The notes beneath the pieces are model-generated. The model saw nothing but the letters and a program-made list of their open reading frames with translations. It made no database searches and was not told the DNA's origin. This document shows, piece after piece, positions 45,993 through 52,979 of a stretch of 52,979 nucleotides of DNA (the first letter of the stretch is position 1; the number at the start of each line of letters is the position of its first letter). Made by a program: the position numbers and the translations under genes. This stretch comes from a virus (lineage: Duplodnaviria > Caudoviricetes), in IMG/VR virus record IMGVR_UViG_3300028490_000010, positions 1 to 52,979 of that record; one strand, 5' to 3'.

Positions 45993-48602
45993 CTATTGGC
46001 ACCCAGAACATTCCATGCTTCGGTCTAAAACCTCAAGCCTGTCTTGTGCTGGTGCAGTTGATCGTACATAGTACACAGATTTTAATCCAGAAAGCCAAGC
46101 TAGTCTGTAAAGACTTGCCATATATTTAACATCCACTTTTGCAGACGGCTTTATGAAAATATTGAATGATGTCCCTTGGTCAAATTTCTTTGTTCGGACT
46201 CCGTTCATTTCTATCGACAGTTCTTGACTTACATCATATGCCGACGGATAGTACGCATAATTTTCAACATTTAACCCAGGAGCTGTGACAGGAGTCATAC
46301 CCGAAAGGTTTTCCTCATACCATGATCTATCAAATACAGGTTCAAAACATGACGTTGTCCCTGTAAGTATAGATATAGAGCTTGTGGGAGCAATCGCATT
46401 AAGGTATCCGTTTCTCATAGGGTTTGGCCACTCTGAGCCTTTCCACTCTGGATAAGTACCTTTCTCTATAGCCAACTTCTCGGAAGCCTCAATACTTGCT
46501 TCTTGCAGCCAACCATAATACTTCTCTATGTATTCCACATGCTCTTCACTACCAAATGTAATCTTTCTATTTGCAATATCTTCAGCCTCGCCCATTGCAC
46601 CTAGTCCGATAGCTCTTGACGCCATAGCTGTATTTCTAATCTTCTCAGACGGATACAGGTTTACATCAATAACATTGTCCAACATACGTATTGCAACATA
46701 CACCTTCTTAAAGAACTCTTCTTTTGACAAATGAGTCATTTTTGAAAAGTTTGCCGACGCTAGGTTACAGATAGCTGTCTTACCTTTTGATCTGTACTCC
46801 TCAACAGCCATCACTTCCATGCCATCAATAAAGTCACCTTTCTCTATATACTTAGCTCTCTTCTCTCCGTCACCAGTAACAACTGTTTCAAACGCAGACA
46901 GCTCAATAACTTTAGTGCCATTCGGACTACTTTCATTTTCAAGAGCAAAAGAGTACATGTCTCTCTCAGGCTCTGTCACTTGAAATATCTCAGTACATAG
47001 ATTTGTTGAACGTATCATTCCAACATGCTTATTTTTGTTCTCTTTATTCGCAGTATCCTTATACCCTGCAAAAGGAACACCGTGTTTGTATGCAGACTGC
47101 ATAACTTCAGCCTGTAATTCTCTAGCTCTAATCTTAACTTTTCGGATGTTAGGATTTTCTTCAGCTTCTCTATAGAGACGCTCAAATTCCTCTCCATACA
47201 CTTCGTTAAGGAACGGAACATCATATGGATCAAATAGTGTCCACATCTCGTCATTGGCTTCTCTACGCATGAATTCATCAGAGTACCAAATACCTGGGAA
47301 GATATCTTGAGCACGATGTCTTTCTTCACCACCACTGTCTCGCATCTTAATAAATAAGAATACGTCCATGTGCCAATCTGGTACATAGTTAGCAAAAGCT
47401 CCCTTTCTAGTACCGAGCTGATCCACAGCAAGAGCAACATCATTGTCAATCTTAAGGAATGGTCTAAGCCCTTTAGCTACACCTTCATACGATGCAATCG
47501 TACTATCGTGACCTCTAACCTGAGACCAATCCCAACCAACACCACCACCAAGTTTAGACAAGAAAGCCTTCTCTTTATAACCATCAAAAATACCCTCAAG
47601 ACTGTCATCATTTGATCCAATAAAACAACTGGATAACTGGTGATGGATAAGTCTTGCATTTGATAATGTTGGAGTAGCAGTCATAACATCAAATAAACTA
47701 ATGATGTCATAGAACTTCTTTGCCCAATACTCTTTGTCTTTTTCTTTTTGTGCTAGGAACATTGCAATAGCCATAAACGCATGCTGTGGTAACTCTAATT
47801 GTTTACCATCCCCTGTAGTAATAGCATATCTATCAGCAAATGTAATGATGCCTAGATAAGTAAACTGAAGGTCACGCTCAGGCTTGATGTATGCACTCAT
47901 AACATCAAGGTCATACCCTTTATAGAATTCCTTGTGGAACTTACCTGTACTTAGTGCAAAATCAATATACTTAGACATATGCACATAAGGTGATCCCTTC
48001 TTCGTACCATACAGTTTTCCAACCTTGTGATACATACTGTCTAAAGTAAGTCTTGCTGCAACATACGTCCAGTTTGATGATGGTTCAGATATCTTTCCTA
48101 CGGCTGTCTTAATTATCGCACTCTGTAGCTCATCTGTGGTGATGCCCTCTTTCCATGTGATATGACTATCAATGATTAATTCAGCAGCACTAACTCCAGA
48201 TATTCCATCTGTAGCATTTTCCGCTTTCTCTGTCATTTTAGATAGATCCATAGGAGCTTTATAGCCACCTCTTTTTGTAACAGTATTTACCTGAGCGACT
48301 TTCTCAAATGGTCTATTACTAAGATGATGTAGGTCATTCATAATTAACTGATTTGATACTTCGAGAAGTTGATTATCTCCCATTGCAAGACCACGCTTCT
48401 TCGCATAGTCAATCAACAGAATATGTATTTCCTCAGTAGGAATTCCATCATACACACCATCAAGAACATGCTGTAATAACAACTCGTGCTCTTTATCTGG
48501 AAGACAAACACCATCAGGAGTGGAGTTGTCTATGGTCCTAGAAAGTTTTTCTAAGGAGAAAAGTTCAACCTCTCCACTCTTTTTAGTTACATCATGGTTC
48601 AC
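45993..48602 (-). CDS. nrdA: ribonucleotide reductase class I alpha subunit, tandem ATP-cones
   Basis: ATPTLSNA, LSSCF, TNLCTEI, ICNLAS, IAPTSS, SVYYVR, C-terminal CSGC. Confidence 0.95.
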   Translation of the reverse strand: MNHDVTKKSGEVELFSLEKLSRTIDNSTPDGVCLPDKEHELLLQHVLDGVYDGIPTEEIHILLIDYAKKRGLAMGDNQLLEVSNQLIMNDLHHLSNRPFEKVAQVNTVTKRGGYKAPMDLSKMTEKAENATDGISGVSAAELIIDSHITWKEGITTDELQSAIIKTAVGKISEPSSNWTYVAARLTLDSMYHKVGKLYGTKKGSPYVHMSKYIDFALSTGKFHKEFYKGYDLDVMSAYIKPERDLQFTYLGIITFADRYAITTGDGKQLELPQHAFMAIAMFLAQKEKDKEYWAKKFYDIISLFDVMTATPTLSNARLIHHQLSSCFIGSNDDSLEGIFDGYKEKAFLSKLGGGVGWDWSQVRGHDSTIASYEGVAKGLRPFLKIDNDVALAVDQLGTRKGAFANYVPDWHMDVFLFIKMRDSGGEERHRAQDIFPGIWYSDEFMRREANDEMWTLFDPYDVPFLNEVYGEEFERLYREAEENPNIRKVKIRARELQAEVMQSAYKHGVPFAGYKDTANKENKNKHVGMIRSTNLCTEIFQVTEPERDMYSFALENESSPNGTKVIELSAFETVVTGDGEKRAKYIEKGDFIDGMEVMAVEEYRSKGKTAICNLASANFSKMTHLSKEEFFKKVYVAIRMLDNVIDVNLYPSEKIRNTAMASRAIGLGAMGEAEDIANRKITFGSEEHVEYIEKYYGWLQEASIEASEKLAIEKGTYPEWKGSEWPNPMRNGYLNAIAPTSSISILTGTTSCFEPVFDRSWYEENLSGMTPVTAPGLNVENYAYYPSAYDVSQELSIEMNGVRTKKFDQGTSFNIFIKPSAKVDVKYMASLYRLAWLSGLKSVYYVRSTAPAQDRLEVLDRSMECSGCQ

Positions 48603-49057
48603 TTTTTACCTCCTGTTTTATTGCGTGTCTCTTTTCTTGGAGATGGCATTAGCGACTTTGCATGCTTCTTAATTTTCTTCTTGGTTAAGTTGTCTACCTC
48701 GGAAGCATAAGTTGCTATCTGCTGTAGAGCCTTTTCCGGAAGAAGATTTCCAAACTTATCAGAGAGCATCGCACCAACAATGGTTGACCCCTCTTTAAGT
48801 GTTTCAATATAGAACTCATGTGCATCAGCATAATCTCTAGCTTCTTCAATATTTCCGGGGAAACTATTCTTTACAGTATGCACCAACTGTGCATAGTTAG
48901 CAAGATAATAGAATGTCGTTACTGCTGCATTCATATCATCGTCTGATACTGCTTTCAATATGTCTGTCATGTAGTCGGACGTAGCTGCAACAACACTATC
49001 TGCATTGATATGTTTGTCGTCAATCTTGTTCTTTCTAATTTTATATAAATAACTCAT
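48599..49057 (-). CDS. hypothetical protein
   Basis: Start moved to MSYL behind AAGGA. Confidence 0.65.
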   Translation of the reverse strand: MSYLYKIRKNKIDDKHINADSVVAATSDYMTDILKAVSDDDMNAAVTTFYYLANYAQLVHTVKNSFPGNIEEARDYADAHEFYIETLKEGSTIVGAMLSDKFGNLLPEKALQQIATYASEVDNLTKKKIKKHAKSLMPSPRKETRNKTGGKK

Positions 49058-49081
49058 GGGTTTCCTTACTTTAGGGTTTTC

Positions 49082-49090
49082 TGCTATAAT
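49082..49090 (+). promoter_or_regulatory. extended -10 promoter TGCTATAAT for the HU-like gene
   Basis: Perfect TGnTATAAT 32 bp upstream of the ATG; AAAGGA RBS at 49111-49116. Confidence 0.7.
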
Positions 49091-49122
49091 GTCCACTGTA
49101 ATACAAATACAAAGGACATCCT

Positions 49123-49380
49123 ATGAGCAAGATACTCACAGAAACAGTTGCCAAAAATCTTGGCATTTCTAAGACAGAAGCTGCTAAAATTGTCAAAGCT
49201 GTAACGACTTCTATTGAAGAAGTAACAGCAGCCAATGGTAGCTTAACTCTTATCAATTTTGGTTCATTCACAGTGAAACCATTCAAGCGTACAAGTACAC
49301 TACACAAGAAGACGTATCATATTGATAAAAATATCATTCGCTTCAAGCCGGGTCTTGGTTTCTCTCGTAAAGTAAACTAA
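49123..49380 (+). CDS. hup: HU/IHF-family DNA-binding protein
   Basis: LGISKTEA...LTLINFGSFTV...IRFKPG. Confidence 0.85.
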   Translation: MSKILTETVAKNLGISKTEAAKIVKAVTTSIEEVTAANGSLTLINFGSFTVKPFKRTSTLHKKTYHIDKNIIRFKPGLGFSRKVN

Positions 49381-49383
49381 CTC

Positions 49384-49599
49384 CTAGAGCGTCACTACGA
49401 CGCTCAATCCTTTATACTTCAACACTCTTCCCTGCTTAATCTTTATGTTTCCGTCCATGACAAGCATACTGTCGTGCTGTTCTTTATCTACAACGATATA
49501 GTCTGGTTTTTGACCAGTAGCTTCAATCACTGCAGAGACCTTTTCCCCAACTGTATCAAAGCTATTACCTCTGATACTAATTGCATTAATCTGTTTCAT
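49384..49599 (-). CDS. hypothetical protein
   Basis: 71-aa ORF. Confidence 0.55.
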   Translation of the reverse strand: MKQINAISIRGNSFDTVGEKVSAVIEATGQKPDYIVVDKEQHDSMLVMDGNIKIKQGRVLKYKGLSVVVTL

Positions 49600-50026
49600 T
49601 CAAAGCCTTAGTAAATTTTAAATTTAAGTGCGATAAGAAAGCCAATGATTTTGACTTGTCCCTCATTACTATTTTCTTATAAGCAACCTTTCCGGCCACA
49701 ACCTCTATTGAATATACACTGTCTGCTGTATCTTTCGTTACTGCAGGCATCCATATAATCTCTGTTACTTTGTCCCATTCTACGCTTGGGAACCTTTTTT
49801 CTACTACTTCATTGAAGATCTCCTTCTCTGTTTTTTCAATTTTAGGGATTACAACTTTAGCAACTTCAACCTTTGGTTTAGTTTTCCGACTAAGTATAAA
49901 CTCATTTACATACTTCGCTAGAACATCCTCCTCAAGGGTATCAGCATCTACATCGTATCTCACTTTTGCGAAATCTTTAAATGCCTGTATATCTGGTATA
50001 GGCACATACCTATTTATCAAACTCAT
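49586..50026 (-). CDS. hypothetical protein
   Basis: 146-aa ORF, ATGA overlap with dnaB. Confidence 0.65.
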   Translation of the reverse strand: MSLINRYVPIPDIQAFKDFAKVRYDVDADTLEEDVLAKYVNEFILSRKTKPKVEVAKVVIPKIEKTEKEIFNEVVEKRFPSVEWDKVTEIIWMPAVTKDTADSVYSIEVVAGKVAYKKIVMRDKSKSLAFLSHLNLKFTKALNETD

Positions 50027-51411
50027 ATTGGAGGCATGTCTACATTAATATTCCCCGTATTCATAAGCGTCGTCTCTACGATTTCACCTGTTTCTTCGTG
50101 GTATACATCTATATCATCCTCGGCATAGTCATATTCTACAACATGAACAGCTCCAAAGTTTCCATCTGCATTATCTGTAAATTTAACCTTTGGACCAACG
50201 AACATTGTCTTAGCTCCACCAACCTCACCATCTCTGTTTTTCAACACGAGTATTTCTACTTCATTTACTGGCTCTTCTCTTTTTGCTTCCTCTCTTGATG
50301 TATAATAAGACTCACGGTAGATACCAAGTATTACATCAGCATCTTCTTCAATAGATCCCGACTCACGCATGTCTGATAATTGAGGTCTTTTGTTTGGTCT
50401 GCTCTCTATTCCTCTGTTTAGCTGAGACAATAACCACACCTTACATCCTGAGTCTTTAGCCAAGCGTTTAAGTGTCTTTGTAACATCACCAATCCTCAAG
50501 TGGTTATTTGCATATCCACCTGGGTCTTTGATGTACGTTAAGTGGTCAATGAATATATTCTTGATAGACGGGTCTCTACGAATTAGGGCCATTCCCATGT
50601 TGTATATTTGTATGTGGTCCACTACTTTGTCAAGTAGGATAAAGTTATCTGCATCTTCAAGTAGTTTCTTCATCCTGTTATAATTGCCGAGATCTCTAAG
50701 CTTGTTATGTCGTATGTCGTTCAAGGCTTCACCTGAACCACAAGACAACGTCCTTAGCATAATGTTCTCTGCAGGCATCTCAAGAGAGAAGAAGGCACTA
50801 CCCTCATTACTATCAAGTAAGTGGAGTATTATCGATACCACAAGCCCAGTTTTACCCATACTTGGTCTAGCTGCAACCACAATAAGATTTCCTGGCTCAA
50901 GGTTCAAGTACCTGTCAACTTCAGACAGTCCTGTTCCATGATCCTTTATAGGGTTTGCTATACGGTCTTCCATTACAGCAATGATATCCTTATTTGTTCT
51001 CTGGACAGATGAGTCAAAAGAACTTGTGTGTTTAAGGTCATCGATAGAGTAATCTCTACCTTCTAGTATTGCTGCCTTTACTTCTTCTAATTTTGCAAGC
51101 ATAGACCTATTCTCATACGCAGCTTTAATGTTATCTGCCTGCATGATTACAGTGTCTATACTAACGGGTGTAGTCAGTGCAATGGAAACAATTTCTTTTT
51201 CTTTGTCTGGGAATTTTTGTGTTACTAAGTAATCCGTCACAGGGCTATTTGTAAGATAGTTCACCATGGCGAAGTCAAATATGTCACGACAAACCTGGTC
51301 AAAGAAATGCTCAGGTTGTAATCGGTCTATAAGGTGTTCCATTATCGAGGAGTTAAACATCAAAGTAGAGCATATCGACTTTTCAGCCGGTATGGTATTC
51401 ATACTTATCAT
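50023..51411 (-). CDS. dnaB: replicative DNA helicase
   Basis: AARPSMGKT, FSLEM, LSQLNR, RPQLSDMRESGSIEEDAD, KNRDG. Confidence 0.95.
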   Translation of the reverse strand: MISMNTIPAEKSICSTLMFNSSIMEHLIDRLQPEHFFDQVCRDIFDFAMVNYLTNSPVTDYLVTQKFPDKEKEIVSIALTTPVSIDTVIMQADNIKAAYENRSMLAKLEEVKAAILEGRDYSIDDLKHTSSFDSSVQRTNKDIIAVMEDRIANPIKDHGTGLSEVDRYLNLEPGNLIVVAARPSMGKTGLVVSIILHLLDSNEGSAFFSLEMPAENIMLRTLSCGSGEALNDIRHNKLRDLGNYNRMKKLLEDADNFILLDKVVDHIQIYNMGMALIRRDPSIKNIFIDHLTYIKDPGGYANNHLRIGDVTKTLKRLAKDSGCKVWLLSQLNRGIESRPNKRPQLSDMRESGSIEEDADVILGIYRESYYTSREEAKREEPVNEVEILVLKNRDGEVGGAKTMFVGPKVKFTDNADGNFGAVHVVEYDYAEDDIDVYHEETGEIVETTLMNTGNINVDMPPI

Positions 51412-51911
51412 TATCTACTCCTTGTGAACATGGCGTTCATTTTCATCCTAAGCATTCCTGCTTCTACGTTGGCTACCGTTACTTTAAGTAGCTCTGCAAA
51501 TCCTCTCAACATGTTATTGTTAAGTGGAGCAAAAGCCTCATTGCCACCAATAGTTATCAGTAGACCAGGTCCTTTTGCAGTAATTCCTGCCCTAAGAATG
51601 TTTGTTCCGCCTCTACCGGTAAGAGCTTCATAGTTCTCTCCTTGTGTTCCATCTAACTGGCAAAGCATATGTGATGCTAGAGAGAGTGTAGTCTCAGGTG
51701 TAAGATATACTTTAAAGTCTTCCCCACCTTTTTGTGCGTGGTTATGCACTTTTATGTAGAAGCCTGTAGAATAGTTCACGAAAGGTGAAGTTCCATTTGG
51801 GTTAGGTGTAGTCTTTACTTTGATAGTAGAGTCTATCCTAATTGTATGCTCTTTATCTGTACAAAAAATTGTATGATTTAGAACAGTGTGCGTTATTGTT
51901 TTGGGTTCCAT
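51411..51911 (-). CDS. hypothetical protein between initiator and helicase
   Basis: 166-aa ORF translationally coupled to dnaB. Confidence 0.65.
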   Translation of the reverse strand: MEPKTITHTVLNHTIFCTDKEHTIRIDSTIKVKTTPNPNGTSPFVNYSTGFYIKVHNHAQKGGEDFKVYLTPETTLSLASHMLCQLDGTQGENYEALTGRGGTNILRAGITAKGPGLLITIGGNEAFAPLNNNMLRGFAELLKVTVANVEAGMLRMKMNAMFTRSR

Positions 51912-52927
51912 AGTTTGTTTCCTCCTTTATAGTTTTGAACGATAGCATCAAAGTTGCTTTCAATGAATGGCCACATCTTGTCAGCCTTTTCTTTTTCGAG
52001 ATACTTGTTTGCTCTATAGTCGTATAGTGCTTTGTATTCTCCGAAGATACACAAGTGTGTTTCTCTCGTTTCTCCTTGCGGAATAAACTTGAAGAACACT
52101 TTACTATCTCCGAATGCCTCTAGTACACGGTCACGTATAGGCTTTACAGGCTCATGCTTTGTCTGCTGAGCTGTTAGTGTATCAAACTGATCTCTAAGCT
52201 TTTTACCTGACTTTATGTTGCCTATCCAGAATGATCCGCCGCCATTGTGTATCCAGTTGATTTTTTCAATCAGTTGTTGCTTCGTACGATTGTCTAAGCG
52301 GATAGCTCTGTCAATGTCTTTTGCCCATGCACTGATCGTTGGATTTGTAGGTGCTTTATAGTTATCTATAGAGCTGAGTAGTTTAGTTGCTAGATACTCT
52401 GATATCTCTATAGCCTCTTTCATACTTTCACTAATCTCTACAGAAGCAACGTCGTCAACTTTTGTTGCGACAGGAGCAGTAGCGACATTAAGGTTAGTGT
52501 TTATATTAGTATTACTAAGGGGTGTCAAATCTGTCACCCCCGTCCCGGTGTCACCAGTGTCACCCTCCCCGGTGTCACCAGTGTCACCCCCTATCTCTCG
52601 GATGTTCGTACCTTTTATCTTCTCTGCATAGGCTTTCCTATCACCTCTCTTGTCAAACATATAGTAGTCCATACCTGTCATAGCACCAGTTTCACCTACT
52701 CTTTGTTGCACTAAAATATATCCTGCTTCCACAAGCTCAAGACGTCTCCTTTGAAGCGTTCTCTTTATTAGTCCCGTCTCTTTCATGATATTCCTATCAT
52801 AAAATTTCCAAGTATCAGATTTAGACTCTATATAGATCCACAATATCTTTGCACCATCTGATAATTCTTTGTCTAAGATTAGTGCGTTTGGAACTTGAGT
52901 AAAGTTACCATGCAATCTTGTTTTCAT
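51893..52927 (-). CDS. phage replication initiator (N-terminal winged HTH)
   Basis: NFTQVPNALILDKELSDGAKILWIYI...ELVEAGYI; low-complexity linker with repeats; FWIGNIKSGKKLRDQFD; lies upstream of dnaB. Confidence 0.8.
   Translation of the reverse strand: MKTRLHGNFTQVPNALILDKELSDGAKILWIYIESKSDTWKFYDRNIMKETGLIKRTLQRRRLELVEAGYILVQQRVGETGAMTGMDYYMFDKRGDRKAYAEKIKGTNIREIGGDTGDTGEGDTGDTGTGVTDLTPLSNTNINTNLNVATAPVATKVDDVASVEISESMKEAIEISEYLATKLLSSIDNYKAPTNPTISAWAKDIDRAIRLDNRTKQQLIEKINWIHNGGGSFWIGNIKSGKKLRDQFDTLTAQQTKHEPVKPIRDRVLEAFGDSKVFFKFIPQGETRETHLCIFGEYKALYDYRANKYLEKEKADKMWPFIESNFDAIVQNYKGGNKLWNPKQ
52519..52590. repeat. iteron-like repeats (candidate replication origin)
   Basis: CCCGGTGTCACCAGTGTCACCC at 52544-52565 and 52568-52589, variant GGGGTGTCAAATCTGTCACCCC at 52519-52540; adjacent AT-rich tract. 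Confidence 0.8.
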
Positions 52928-52979
52928 TTATCTCTCCTTAGTCTTTCACCTCCGTAATCATTACTGATAACGCAGTCAT

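Larger units (their letters stand above)
1..52979 (-). mobile_element. Fragment of a large phage or phage-plasmid genome (early/replication region)
   Basis: Near-uniform strand, overlapping stop/start codons, mostly small hypothetical ORFs, plus phage-type ligase, dUTPase, RNR, ThyX, primase, helicase and initiator; no cellular housekeeping operons. Confidence 0.85.

Noticed and set aside
46780-46980. Insertion in NrdA after NLCTEIFQ as a possible intein
   Set aside because: No N-terminal Cys/Ser splice block or terminal His-Asn; it resembles the normal epsilonproteobacterial NrdA insertion
8575-47659. Minus-strand alternative-frame ORFs (8575-8856, 24317-24499, 34815-35027, 44666-44878, 47015-47449, 47477-47659)
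   Set aside because: Fully nested in longer, better supported genes, with no independent evidence
541-51633. Numerous plus-strand ORFs in the six-frame track (e.g. 28374-28985, 33631-34191, 5034-5543)
   Set aside because: They are antisense shadows of minus-strand genes, Ser/Leu/Ile-rich, with no RBS or motifs; only 49123-49380 is credible
52519-52590. Repeats as a CRISPR array
   Set aside because: Only 2-3 units separated by 2-3 bp, inside a coding frame, with no spacers
1-52979. Stop-codon reassignment
   Set aside because: Conserved enzymes are full length under the standard code, and TAA, TAG and TGA all end genes that abut the next start
1-52979. tRNA genes, integrase, transposase, virion structural genes
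   Set aside because: No recognisable motifs, and intergenic gaps are few and lack cloverleaf signatures by eye

Overview
This window is a 53-kb, AT-rich, gene-dense fragment of a large bacteriophage or phage-plasmid. About 105 ORFs are tightly packed on the minus strand, and the only convincing plus-strand gene is an HU-like protein. The right end (40-53 kb) is a replication and nucleotide-metabolism module. It holds an HTH replication initiator with internal iteron-like repeats (probable origin), DnaB helicase, HU, NrdA with tandem ATP-cones, NrdB, DnaG primase and ThyX. The remaining ~40 kb is a long array of small, often very acidic hypothetical proteins. Scattered among them are an ATP-dependent DNA ligase, dimeric dUTPase, Rad50/SbcC-like ATPase, C5 cytosine methyltransferase, TGT/DpdA-like protein, PAPS-reductase-like protein, GNAT, Lar-like protein, SEC-C protein and candidate anti-defence factors (Ocr-like, ring-nuclease-like). 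The NrdA, ThyX and dUTPase sequence styles point to a Campylobacterota host. No virion, tRNA, CRISPR or integrase genes were seen. All family calls come from motif recognition by eye, with no database searches. Several start codons were moved downstream of the ORF track where an RBS supports it.
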